A stretch of 43,903 nucleotides of DNA. Source: an uncultured Gemmatimonadaceae bacterium (lineage in GTDB: Bacteria; Gemmatimonadota; Gemmatimonadetes; Gemmatimonadales; Gemmatimonadaceae). A program made the translations under genes and the position numbers. The DNA lies in assembly GCA_963822945.1 (NCBI GenBank), contig CAWGJO010000018.1, positions 1-43,903 on the forward strand. Reading direction: 5' to 3'. Under the pieces are notes generated by a model. That model searched no databases. It was not told the DNA's origin and was given only the letters and a program-made list of their open reading frames with translations. Shown piece after piece: positions 19,611-34,513 of this stretch; the stretch's first letter is position 1, and every line of letters begins with the position of its first letter.

Positions 19611-21047
19611 ATGCCACGCCTCCTCCCCATCGCGCTCCTTCTGACCCTGTACGGCGGCACCCTCCGCGCCCAGGAAACCGACACCGAACGCGCCGCCGCC
19701 CGCGACGTGGTGCACACGCTCGACTCGCTCGAGCAGTCGCTCCACATCCCCGCCATGGTGGCCAGGCTCACCGGGCCCGACGCGGCGCGCGACGCCGTGA
19801 CGGCGCGCGCCAAGGAGCTGATGGATACCGAGCTGCTGCCGATGGCCGACGACATCACGCGCCACCCGGAGATCGGATTCACCGAACATCGGTCGGTGAA
19901 GATCCTCACCGACTGGCTGACGGCGCACGGCTTCGACGTCACCGTGGGAGTGGCCGGGTTGGCCCACCGCCTTCGTGGCACGCTACCGGCAAGAACCACG
20001 GCGCTCCCAACCTCGGCGTCATCGTCGAGTACGACGCCCTGCGCGGCACCAAGGGCGCCTTCCACGGCGACCAGCACAGCACGCAGGGGCCCATCGGGCT
20101 CGCGGCCGCGGTCGCGGTAGCCGAGTATCTCACGCGCACGCACACGCCGGGCAGCGTCACCGTGTTCGGAACACCCGGCGAGGAGATGATGCCGCCGGTG
20201 GCGAAGACCGTGATGAACGACTCCGGCGTGTTCAGGGGCATGGACGTGATCGTCCGCAGTCACTCGAGCATGGCCGACCAGCCGCCCGGCCGCCGGATTC
20301 GGCACCTGCTGCATGAACATCAACGGCGCCCGGTACACGTTCAGCGGCGCGCCCGCGCACCAGCTCGCCGCGTGGAACGGCCGCAACGCGCTCACCGCGG
20401 TCATCCACTTCTTCGACAACGTGGACGGCATCCGCAGCAACCTGCGTCCCGAAGCGCGCATCCAGGGCGTGATCGTGGAGGGGGGCGCGGCGCCCAACGT
20501 CGTACCCGACCGCACCGTGGCCGACTTCTACATCCGCTACCCCGATCCGGTCTATCTGGCCCAGGAGACGGAGATGGTGGACAACGCCGCTCCGCGCCGC
20601 GGCGCTCGGCACCGGCACCAAGGTGAAGATCGACCACTACGGCCAGCTCCGCGACGGCATCAGCACGGAAACGCTGGGCGAGCTCGGCTTCGCGTACATG
20701 CAGAAGTTCGGCGCCACCAACGTGCAGCCGGAAGCCGGAAAGCCGCAGGGCTTCGAGGAGACGGGCAGCGTGTCCAGCGAAATCCCGGGCTCGGTTTCAC
20801 CTCACAGACGTCTTCGGCGCCCAACCACACGTACGAGATGCTCGCCGACGCCACGGCGCCCATCGGCCATCACGGATTCACCGTCGACGCGCAGGCCATG
20901 AGTGCGCTCCTCTACGACTTCGCCACGCACGCGGAGTACCGCGACGCGGTGAAGCGAGAGTTCGACACCGTCCGCGGACTGAAGGCCCACTACCTCGAAG
21001 AACTGAAGCAGGTATACGTGCTGCCGAGAGTACCCGACCCCCGGTAG
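19611..21047 (+). CDS. Secreted M20 family amidohydrolase (AbgB/ACY1L2-like), frameshifted
   Basis: Signal peptide ending LRA-QE, HPEIGFTEHRS, VEYDAL, HGDQH, FGTPGEE, PAHQ...WNGRNAL, GGAAPNVVPD, PNHT. Confidence 0.85.
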
Positions 21048-21111
21048 TGCGCCGTTTGACCATCCGACTGTCCGACCGTCTGCCGCCCTGACTCCCACCC
21101 CGGAGCATCCC

Positions 21112-22256
21112 ATGCCGCTCACCCGTCGTGCCTTCCTGTCGTCCGTCGGCGCTGGCGGCGCCGGAGTCCTCCTCGGCCCGATGATCTCGGCGCGTGGAGC
21201 CGAGGCGCTCCTCGCACTCGGCGCCGCCGGGACCGTCGGTGACACGGCCGCCGGCACCGTCATCCGTCTGGACAGCAACGAGAACCCGCACGGGCCGGGC
21301 GAGAAGGTATTCGCCGCCATCCGTGCCTCGTTCGACGTCGCCAATCGCTATCCGCGCGTCGAGCAGCGCGATGCCGTGACGGCCATTGCCGCGGCTCGGG
21401 GCGTGAAGCGCGAGAACGTCATGCTCGGCTGCGGCTCCACCGAGATTCTACGCGTGGCCACCGGGGCGTTCGCCGGGCCTGGACGCGCTCTGGTCCAGGC
21501 GTCGCCCACCTTCGAGGTCATGGGGCGCTTCGCGCCCGTGGTCGGCGCTCCGGTGCGCAACGTCCCCGTGGACGCCCAACTCCGGCTCGATCTCGGCGCG
21601 ATGGCCGACGCCGCGCGCGGCGCCGGCATCGTGTACCTCTGCAACCCGAACAATCCCACGGCCACCGTACACGGCGCGGCCGAGGTGCGCCAGTTCGTGG
21701 ACCGGGTGGGCGCACCTCGCCGAACACGATGGTTCTGATCGACGAGGCCTATCACGAATTCGTCGACGACCCGTCGTACGCCACCGCGATTCCACTGGCC
21801 ATGGAGAACCCGAACGTCGTCGTGGCCCGCACCTTCTCCAAGGTGTACGGCATGGCGGGGCTCCGGCTCGGCTACGCCATCGCGCGGCCGGAGACGCTCA
21901 AGCGCATGGATCCCTGGCTACTCGACTCCAACACGAATCAGCCGTCGCTGGCCGGCGCCGTGGCCACGGTGGCCGACAGCGCGCGCATCGCGGAGCAGCA
22001 AAGACTGAACCGCGAGGCGCGCGCCTTTACGCTCGACTTCTTCCGCGCCGCCGGTTACACGCCCCCCGATTCGCAGGCGAACTTCATCATGGTGGACATC
22101 GGGCGCGACGTGAAGGCATTCAAGGCCAGTTGTCTCGCCCAGGGCGTCTCCCTGGGGCGCCCCTTCCCGCCGCTCACCACGCATCTGCGCGTGTCGATCG
22201 GGACGATGGACGAGATGAAGCGGGCCGCGGTGGTGATCAGGAACGCGCTGGCATAG
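21112..22256 (+). CDS. HisC-like PLP-dependent aminotransferase (class I/II) with Tat signal, frameshift near 21715
   Basis: TRRAFL twin-arginine motif, RLDSNENPHG, YLCNPNNPT, IDEAYHEF, RTFSKVYGMAGLRLGY with the PLP lysine. Confidence 0.9.
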
Positions 22257-22280
22257 CCGGCCCCCGGGGCCGGGAACTTT
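22257..22280 (+). terminator. Possible terminator after the aminotransferase
   Basis: CCGGCCCC-C-GGGGCCGG inverted repeat directly after the stop, followed by GAACTTT. Confidence 0.4.
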
Positions 22281-22409
22281 CGGCCCCCCTCAGGCATTGA
22301 ACCATTGCACGAGGCAGGACCCCATCTCCCGCCCCTCCGGGCGATGACCGATGACGGGGCCGTGCCCCCGTCCGGAACGCGTTCGCACCACCGCATCGGA
22401 GACCTCGCC

Positions 22410-23100
22410 ATGCATCGACGTCTGACCAGAGGACTCATCCTACTCGGAGTAACCGTCCCCATGCTGAGCAGCATCTCGTGCCGCGCCGCGAGCGCGGCCG
22501 TCACCATTCCCGACCCCGCCATCGACGCGCCACCCGCGGCCGCGCCAGGCCAACGGATGGCCGTGTTCGCCGGCGGCTGCTTCTGGGGAATCCAGGCAGT
22601 GTTCGAGCACGTGAAGGGCGTCATCAGCGCCACCTCGGGGTACTCCGGCGGCGATGTGCCGAATCCGAGCTACGAGTGGTGAGCACCGGCACCACCGGGC
22701 ACGCCGAGTCGGTGAAGATCGTCTTCGATCCCTCCAAGATCACGTAGGGCGAGTTGCTGAAGGTGTTCTTCGCCGTGGCGCACGACTGACCGAGCTCGAC
22801 CGGCAGGGACCGGACGTCGGAACGCAGTACCGGTCGGCCTGTTCTAAGATGAATGCCGAGCAGGAGCGCATCGAAAATGTCTATATCCGGCAGCTCGATC
22901 AGGCGGGCGTGTACGCGCACCGACGTCACGCGCCGACGCCCTTCAAGGCGTTCGACGACGCGAGGCGAACCACCAGGACTACGCCCTCAAGCATCCGTAC
23001 AAACGCCTACTCGTGGTCAACGATGCGCCCAAGCGGGTAACCCGAAGAACCAGCTGCCCTCGCTGAACCAGGCGACGCCCACGCACGCGCAGCCGAGCCC
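22410..23100 (+). CDS. msrA: Exported peptide-methionine (S)-S-oxide reductase; 3' half heavily disrupted, end approximate
   Basis: Signal peptide, [47 protein letters not shown]. Several indels and an in-frame TAG at about 22746. Confidence 0.85.
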
Positions 23101-23124
23101 GGCGGGCGGCGGCGCCGGACGACA

Positions 23125-27363
<4,239 letters not shown>

Positions 27364-27466
27364 CGTCCTCTCAGCGTGGAAATCCGCCCGGACCCCACGT
27401 CGGGGCGCGTGCTCCAAGATGGGCGTACCGGGTGGCCGCGGAAACCCCAGCCGCGCCACGATTCGT

Positions 27467-28850
27467 TTACACGAGATCGGGCGCGAGACGTGACGGCACG
27501 CCCGGACGGCCGGGGCGTTGTCCGCCAATTCGGCTTGCCGGCGGCCGAGCCACACCCCGAGCATCAACCAGACCGCCGCCATCGGCACGGCGGCGAACGC
27601 GATGCCCGTGAGCCCCAGCCCGACGGCGGAGAGCCCGGCGTACGTCCACGCCGCAATCTGATCTCCGCCGCGATAGACGAAGGTATCGATGAACGCCTTC
27701 GCCTTGTACTTGTCCTCGCGCGGCACCACGGTGTAGAGCACCTCCATGGCCGGGTTCGTGAGCGAATAGTTGCTCGCCCGCCGCAGCACGAGGAACACGA
27801 CCAGTGTCGCGAACACAGGCAGCACGCCGAGCACCCCGAAGCCGACCATGGCGAGCACGGGCAGGAAGGCCAGCGTCGCCGTGAGGCCGATCCAGCGGAT
27901 GACCCGTCCCGTCAGGAAGAGTTCGACGACGATGGTGAGCGCCTGCACGGTGAAGTCGATCTCGGCGAGGACGGTGGTGCGCGCGTGGGCCGTGGCGTAG
28001 TAGCGCCCGACGATGTCGGACTGCTGGAAGTACAGGATCGTGTTGCCGATGGTGTAGAGCACCAGAAACACCGCGATCCCCGCCAGGTACGGAGACGACA
28101 CCACCCGGCTGAACCCGGCCCAGGCGCTGCCGCCGATCGGCGAGCGGTCCAACGCCGCCGTCCCCACGGCCACGTCGTCGCCCTGGTCGTCGGGCACCGG
28201 GAAGAAGCTGACGGTGAGCACGGCGCACTCGAGCAGGGCCGCCGACACGAGCAACAGGTTCACCGTCCCGATGCGATCGGCGAGCACGGCGGTGAGCCCA
28301 AGCCGACGATGGCCCCGAGGGTGCCCCCCACGCCGATGAACCCGAACAGGCGCTTGCCCTGCCCGCTGCGGAAGATGTCGGCCATGAAGCACCAGAACAC
28401 CGACACCACGAACAGGTTGAACACGCTGGTCCAGACGAAGAACGACCGTCCCACCCACACGGTGCCGATGGAGCCCGCGACGGGCGGCGCCATCCGCATG
28501 ATCACGAAGAACACCAGCAGGTTGGCGATGAAGAAGTGGTACGTGATCGGAATGAACCGGCGCACCGGGAAGCGCACGACGAGCGCCGAGAACAGCGGGT
28601 TGCAGATCAACATCGCGGCCAGCGTGCCGGCGAACAACCACGGGAGTTGGCGCACCCCCAAGATGCCGCGGCCACGGTGTCGCGGATGGGCCGCAGGATG
28701 AAGTAGCCGCTCAACACGAAGAAGAAGTACGCGAACGCCATCAGCATCGCGCGCACCTCGCCGGGCCGCACGTCGACCACGCGCGCCAGCAGAGCGTGTA
28801 CACCGCCCCCGGGTGCGGCGGCCCGGACGGCGGGCTCCGTCGTGCGCCAT
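27467..28850 (-). CDS. MFS transporter of the NTT/AAA (ATP:ADP antiporter-like) family, frameshifted; end approximate
   Basis: YFILRPIRD, WTSVFNLFVVSVFWCFMADIF...QGKRLFGFIG, EVLYTVVPREDKYKAKAFIDTFVYRGGD. Confidence 0.8.
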
Positions 28851-28852
28851 GT

Positions 28853-30047
28853 TCACTTGCCGCCGCCGCGGCTCGCCTTCCAGGCGGTGAGCACCTGGGC
28901 TTCACGCCTCCGCCGGGATGCCGGCCACGGCGCCGGCCTCGAGTGCCTTCCGCTGCGCCTCGGGCCGCGTGTTGTTGTAGTTCAGCGTGTCGCGCGCCGT
29001 CGTGGCCAGCGGGCGGAACGTCAACCCGGCGGCGAGCGCCCGCGCATTGCTGCGCTGCATGAAGCCCAGGAGCGGCCCCGTCGCCGGCACCCACACCGGC
29101 ATGTCGCGCCACGCCGAGATCTTCTGCTCGCCCAGGAAGTCGGCCGGCACCCATGTGAACTGCGCGCCCGCGGTGGTGATCGCCTTGATCCCGTACAGCA
29201 TCTCGGCCATGCTCAGCCGCGCGCCCGGCCCCATGGCATTGTAGATGCCGAAGGTGCGGTTCTCCGCCATGCGGATGGTCCATTCGGCCAGGTCGCGCGC
29301 GTCGATGAACTGCACCGGCCAGTCGGGATCGCCCGGGGCCAGGACCTCACCGCCCCGGTCGATGCGCGCCGGCCAGTACGTGAACCGGTCGGTGCGGTCG
29401 AGCGGTCCCACGATCAACCCCGGCCGGATGATCGTCGTGATGCCCGGGTACGTGCGCTGCACGAAGCCCTCGCAGTAGGTCTTGAGCGCACCGTAGTACT
29501 TGCGCGCGTCGGCAGCCGGAACGGCGAACGGGTCGAGCCCGTCGGGCATCGGCGTGAGGCCGTCGGTCTCGTCGGCCCCCGGATGGCTGTTGTCGGGATA
29601 CACCGACAGCGTCGAGATGAAGATGTAGTGCTTCGTGTGGCCCGCCATGTACTTCGCCACGTTCCGCACCCAGATCGGCGCCGTGGTCGGATTGTCGATC
29701 ACGACGTCGAACTGCTTGCCGTCGAGCGCGCTGGTGTCGCTGCTGAGATCGCCGATGAGCTCGGTCACGCGTCCCTTGAAGAAGTTGGGCCGCGTCTTGT
29801 TGCGGTTGAACAGGGTGACGCGATGGCCGCGGGCGAGCGCGTAGTTCACCTGTTCGGGCCCCGTGAACCCCGTGCCCCCAATGATCAGGATATCGAGCGG
29901 ACTCGGGGCCCGTTCCGGCGATGCCGCGGTTCCGCGCGGCACGGCCACCGGGCCGGCGCCGAGCGCGAGGTCGGGCAAGGCGCCGAGGCCGATGGCGCCG
30001 CCGGCGGCGGCGGACCACTTGAGGAAATTGCGGCGGCTCGTGGACAT
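28853..30047 (-). CDS. Tat-signal NAD(P)-dependent epimerase/dehydratase-family oxidoreductase, frameshift near 28910
   Basis: AAGGAG RBS, SRRNFLK Tat motif, IIGGTGFTG, YGALK, RPGLIVGP, DRFTYWP. C-terminus REAQVLTAWKASRGGGK ends at TGA 28853. Confidence 0.88.
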
Positions 30048-30161
30048 GCGGGGGCTCCTTCGGAGGGATGGGGCGGCGGACAACGCGCCCAAACATGGCG
30101 CCACTCGGCGCCGCCCGACAGGGCGCCGCGGTCCGAGCCGGCCGCGGCGCCACTGCTGCCG

Positions 30162-31087
30162 CTACTCGACCTTGGGCGTGGACGCCTTCAGCGACTTGGC
30201 AGTCGGCGTCATCTCGTGCAGCGTCCAGTCCTCCACGGTGTACACGGTGGTTCCCGTGTCGGCCCGCACCAGGACGTGCGCGGAGGTCGAATCGAAGAGC
30301 AGTGTGACCAGGGGCGACACTCCGGCGCCGAACACCCGCACGCGCGCGGTGGGCCGCGTGAAGTGCGCCGAGTCGGCGGCGGCGGCAGTGGCGAACCCCA
30401 TGGCAATCGCCGGGTGGAGCTGTCCGAGCAGACGCTGCACGGCGTTCGAATCGGCCGCAGCCCCCGTGCCCAGTACCCATCCCCTGCCCTTGCGCCGCAC
30501 GGTGTACGCCTCGCGGCCGTGCGTCACCTCCACCCGCTGCACGCTGTCCGGCGGGATCGACGCGATGGTCTTGTCCCGCCAGTCGCCGAGGCCGTGCGCG
30601 AGCGCCTGCGCCAGCGGCCCGTGCAGCGCGTAGGTGACACTGTCGCCCGCGCGACGCACGTACATGCCGGCGCCGTCGCTCGTCGAACGCCCCGTCACCA
30701 GACGCAGCCCCCCGCCCCCCTTCGCCACGACACGCACGTTCCGCCCGCTGTCCGCCGCCACGCCCATGGCCGCCTGCGAGCTGCGTTGCTCGGCCGCCAG
30801 CTCGCTCCAGTTCGACGTGTCGACCAGCGCCCGGAGCAGCTGATCCACGGGCACTGGGCAGCCGGAAATCCGTTCACCCGCCAGTGGCCGGCGGCGTGAC
30901 GCACCAGCACCGCCGAATCGCCGTGCTGCGTGAACGCGATCGTGTCCACCGCGGCCGTATCGACCTTCGGCAGCACAAAGCCGTCGGCGGTATCGCGGCG
31001 CGCATGGCGCGCGAACGCGAAGCCGCCCCAGAGCACCAGCGCCACCACGAGCACGCCGGCCAGTCGCACCAGTTGCTTGTTGTTCAC
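30162..31087 (-). CDS. DUF4340-like membrane-anchored protein, frameshift near 30855
   Basis: GTGA overlap with the upstream stop and an N-terminal TM helix. Two repeats of the W...(A)D...V..LL..L pattern, YVRRAG, DWRDK. Usual position downstream of GldG-like genes. Confidence 0.75.
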
Positions 31088-33318
31088 GCCGTGCCTCCCG
31101 TCGCCGCCGCCAGCGGCTGATACGGCTCCCGTGTCTTCCGCCGCCGGCTGCCGAGGGCCAGCAACCCGACCACGATCAGCGCCAGCGGCACGCCGATGAC
31201 GTTGAAGTACTTCACCCCATCGCGCGTCGCCGCGCTCGAGAACGCGAGCGTGGGCGGATTGCGGTTCTTCGAGCGGATCGAGATCAGCGCGTCGTCCTGC
31301 GACAGCCAATCCACCGCGTTGAGCGCGAAGTCGAGATTGGGGGGTGAATGGCTCGTGATGCGGTCGGTCACGAAGTCGGTGTTGCCCACGACGATCACGC
31401 GCCCGCGGGCCGCCGAGTCCTTGGGCGACGACGGCGCCACCTGGACCGCGAGCAGGCGCGACGCCAGGCTGTCCTGCGGGAAGTCGCGCGTCGGCTCGAT
31501 CGACGGCTCCCCGGTGAGGAGCCCGCCGCCGCGGGTGGTCACGAGCAGCGGCGTGATCGTGTACCCCTTCTTCGCCGTCGTGTCGATGCTGCTCGCCCAC
31601 GGCAGGAGCACGTTGTTCACTTCCTGATCCACCACCGACTTGCCCGTGCTCTGCGCGTGCATGAAGAACGGATACCGGGCCAGCACCTGCCCCATGGCCG
31701 ACCGCATGGGAATGATCTCGCTGGCGGCCAGGTCGTACACCAGGTTGCTCGGAATCGAGACGCCGAATCGCGCCAGCATCGGATTCCACCCCACCGGATG
31801 CGGGATCGCCATCGGCATCCGCGCGTTGGGCAGCATGCCGCTCGTCATCACCAGCGCGCTGCCGCCGCGGTTGAAGAACGCGGTTAACCGCGCCCGCGCC
31901 GCCATCGGCAGCGAGTCGGGCCCGCCGATCAGGACGATCGTCTTCATCGCCGGCCCGGGCTCCGTCGAGTCGCTCAGCGTGAACGGCTTCACGGTGTACG
32001 ATTTCTCGAGCTCGCGCTCCAGCGCCTGCGTGGACGACTGCTGGCCCGACGCCCCGCTGAACAGCCCGATCACGGGCTTCTTGTCGCGGGTCAATTCGCG
32101 GATCGCCGACGCGAGTTGGTATTCCAGATCGTTGGTCTCGTTCACGAACGGGATCGCCTGCGACTTGCCGCGGTACTGGATGGCCAGCCCCAGGTAGCCC
32201 TGCTTCAACTGCAGCGAAGCGTTGCCCACGACGTTGAACTGCACGGGCTCGATCCCGAGCGACCGCGCGTCGCTCGCCGCGGTCTGGTCGCTGGACGGGT
32301 CCCGCTCGAGCACGCGCACCTTGCCGTGGCTGGCCGACCGGATGTCGCTGAGCAGATCGTCCACGTCGCGCTTGAGCAGCGACACGCTGGTGGGCAGCGC
32401 GTCCGAAGCGAACTCCTTGATCGTGACGATGTCGTCCAGGTGCCCGACGATCTGCCTGGTCCCCTTCGACAGCGTGTAGGCGTGGTCCGGCGTCAGGTCG
32501 AGCCGGCCGTTGATGTAGCTGCCGAGCAGGTTGACCACGACCAGAATCGCCGTCACCAGGGCCACGCCCAGCCGCAGCCGCTGCCGTGCCTGTCCGGTGC
32601 GCGACAGCTTGCGTCCGAGCACGGCACCGTAGGCGAGCGCCAGGAACACCCCGGCCAGCGAGAAGAAGTAGATCGCATCGCGCAGATCGATCACGCCGCG
32701 CCCGATGTTCTGGAAGTGCGACAGCACGCCGAGCCGCGCGGCGATGGCGCCCAGTGTCGGCGGCAGCCCCACCAGCAGCGGGTCGAGCCCGAACAGGATC
32801 AGCACGAACATCACCGCCACGGCCAGGATGAATGCCGTGATCTGGCTGCGCGTGAGACTCGACGCCCACACGCCCACGCCGGCGAGGCCCATGGCCAGCA
32901 TGGCCGCGCCCGCGTACTGGGCGATCACCGGCCCCCACTGCATCTGCGCGCCGAACGCCAGGCCCAGCGGAATGGGGAGCGTGAGCGCCAGTCCGATCCA
33001 CAGAAAGCACACCGCCCCGGCGAACTTGCCGAGCAGCAGCTCCAGCTCCGTCACGGGCTGCGCGAGCACCAGCTCCAGCACGCCGCTGCGGCTGTCCTCG
33101 GCCAGCGTGCGCATTGCCACCGCCGGCACGAAGAACAGGAACATCCACGGCAGCATGTCGAGCATGGGGCGCAACGACGCCTGGTCCACCAGGAACGCCT
33201 CGCGGAAATAGAGGAAGGCGTTCACCGCCACGAACACCACCAGCAGCACGTAGCCGGTGGGGTGGTCGAACATCGCCTTCACCTCGCGCCGGGCCACCGT
33301 CCAGATGCGTCCGATCAT
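31084..33318 (-). CDS. Fused GldF-like ABC-2 permease and GldG-like auxiliary component
   Basis: Intact 744 aa. AMRTLAEDSRSGVLELVLAQP and HFQNIGRGVIDLRD (GldF-like), then RLDLTPDHAYTLS, LEYQLASAI, NLDFALNAVDWL...LISIRSK (GldG-like). Confidence 0.88.
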   Translation of the reverse strand: MIGRIWTVARREVKAMFDHPTGYVLLVVFVAVNAFLYFREAFLVDQASLRPMLDMLPWMFLFFVPAVAMRTLAEDSRSGVLELVLAQPVTELELLLGKFAGAVCFLWIGLALTLPIPLGLAFGAQMQWGPVIAQYAGAAMLAMGLAGVGVWASSLTRSQITAFILAVAVMFVLILFGLDPLLVGLPPTLGAIAARLGVLSHFQNIGRGVIDLRDAIYFFSLAGVFLALAYGAVLGRKLSRTGQARQRLRLGVALVTAILVVVNLLGSYINGRLDLTPDHAYTLSKGTRQIVGHLDDIVTIKEFASDALPTSVSLLKRDVDDLLSDIRSASHGKVRVLERDPSSDQTAASDARSLGIEPVQFNVVGNASLQLKQGYLGLAIQYRGKSQAIPFVNETNDLEYQLASAIRELTRDKKPVIGLFSGASGQQSSTQALERELEKSYTVKPFTLSDSTEPGPAMKTIVLIGGPDSLPMAARARLTAFFNRGGSALVMTSGMLPNARMPMAIPHPVGWNPMLARFGVSIPSNLVYDLAASEIIPMRSAMGQVLARYPFFMHAQSTGKSVVDQEVNNVLLPWASSIDTTAKKGYTITPLLVTTRGGGLLTGEPSIEPTRDFPQDSLASRLLAVQVAPSSPKDSAARGRVIVVGNTDFVTDRITSHSPPNLDFALNAVDWLSQDDALISIRSKNRNPPTLAFSSAATRDGVKYFNVIGVPLALIVVGLLALGSRRRKTREPYQPLAAATGGTA

Positions 33319-34295
33319 GCCGCCACCTCCGCCGACGCCGCCGGCCCCGCCGCCGCGGCGTCGCCATCGGCCCCCGTGAGCTGCCGGAACAGGTCCTCCA
33401 GGCTTCCCGTCTCCTGATGCAGTTCGTACAGCGTCCAGTTCTCGCGCTTCGCCATCTCGAAGATGCGCGGCCGCAGGTCCGATTCGCCCGACGCCGACAC
33501 GCTGGCCCGCACGCGCCCGTCGGCGCTGCCCTGGACCTCCACGTCACGCACGCCGTCCAACTCGGCGAGCCGTGCCTCCACCCCCGCGCCGGCCACCTCG
33601 ACCTCCACGCGCACCCCGGCCGTGGCCCGTGTCACCAGCGCCTCCACCGACCCGTCGGCCACCAGCTTGCCCCGGTTGATGATCAGCAACCGCGAGCAGG
33701 TGTGCTGCACTTCGGGGAGCACGTGCGTGGACAGCATCACCGTCCGTTCGCGTCCCAGATGTTCGATGAGATGCCGGATCTCCACGCGCTGGTTCGGATC
33801 GAGCCCCTCGGTGGGTTCGTCGAGAATCAGCAGGTCGGGCCGGTGGAGGATGGCGGCGGCCAGTCCGACGCGCTGCTTGTAGCCCTTGGACAGCTCGCCG
33901 ATGGGCCGGTTGAACACGGGCTCGATGCCGGTGGACGCGACCGACTCGTCGATCGCGCGGGCCCGGTCCGGGCCGCGCAGTTCGCGCAGCCGCGCCATGA
34001 ACGCCAGGTACTCGGCCACCAGCATCTCGCCGTACAACGGGTTGTTCTCGGGCAGGAAGCCGATGCGCCGTTTGGCCTCGCGTCCCGCGTCGGCAATGGG
34101 CACGCCGTCGAATCGAATCGCGCCCTCGTCGGGCTCGAAGATCTGGGTGATCATGCGCATGGTGGTGGACTTGCCGGCCCCGTTGGGACCGAGGAAGCCC
34201 ACCACCTGGCCGCGGTCGACGTCGAACGACACGCCGTCCACGGCGACGAGACCGTCAAAGCGCTTGGTCACGCGCTCCAGCGAAAGCAGCGACAT
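33315..34295 (-). CDS. ABC transporter ATP-binding protein (GldA-like)
   Basis: GPNGAGKSTTMR, LPENNPLY, LSKGYKQRVGLA, DEPTEGLDPNQ, LSTHVLPEV, SLEDLFRQLT. Confidence 0.92.
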   Translation of the reverse strand: MSLLSLERVTKRFDGLVAVDGVSFDVDRGQVVGFLGPNGAGKSTTMRMITQIFEPDEGAIRFDGVPIADAGREAKRRIGFLPENNPLYGEMLVAEYLAFMARLRELRGPDRARAIDESVASTGIEPVFNRPIGELSKGYKQRVGLAAAILHRPDLLILDEPTEGLDPNQRVEIRHLIEHLGRERTVMLSTHVLPEVQHTCSRLLIINRGKLVADGSVEALVTRATAGVRVEVEVAGAGVEARLAELDGVRDVEVQGSADGRVRASVSASGESDLRPRIFEMAKRENWTLYELHQETGSLEDLFRQLTGADGDAAAAGPAASAEVAA

Positions 34296-34391
34296 GGGAG
34301 TTGCGGGACTTGGGTGTTGATGCGCCCGGAAACAACACGGGGGCGACCGGCGGCCGGTCTGGGGGTCCCGCACACCGCCAGAGGAACACTC

Positions 34392-34450
34392 ACACTAAAG
34401 AAAGCCGCCCGGCGCCTGTCAACCGGCACCGGGCGCAAGGATTTCTTTAG
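34392..34450 (-). promoter_or_regulatory. Candidate sigma70 promoter inside an inverted repeat upstream of the gldA-like operon
   Basis: Minus-strand TTGACA (34422-34417), 19-bp spacer, TAGTGT. Flanked by CTAAAGAAA (34395-34403) and TTTCTTTAG (34442-34450). Confidence 0.45.
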
Positions 34451-34513
34451 CCTCACACCGCGCGGATCGGCGGCCGGCGGCCGACCGCTGCCGGCCGGCC
34501 GTCGGAAGCCCCG

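Noticed and set aside
16312..19617. 1101-aa permease as in the ORF track
   Set aside because: The upstream extension overlaps padR in another frame; GTG 19068 coupled to the padR stop is the better start.
21112..22256. Housekeeping hisC
   Set aside because: It has a Tat signal and no neighbouring his genes, so the symbol was withheld.
22740..22790. Stop-codon recoding (TAG/TGA inside msrA)
   Set aside because: The stops lie in the most error-rich stretch, TAG replaces an expected Tyr codon by one base, and TAG and TGA act as normal stops elsewhere.
30162..34295. Evidence of gliding motility
   Set aside because: GldAFG-like ABC systems are widespread, and no motor or T9SS genes are in the window.
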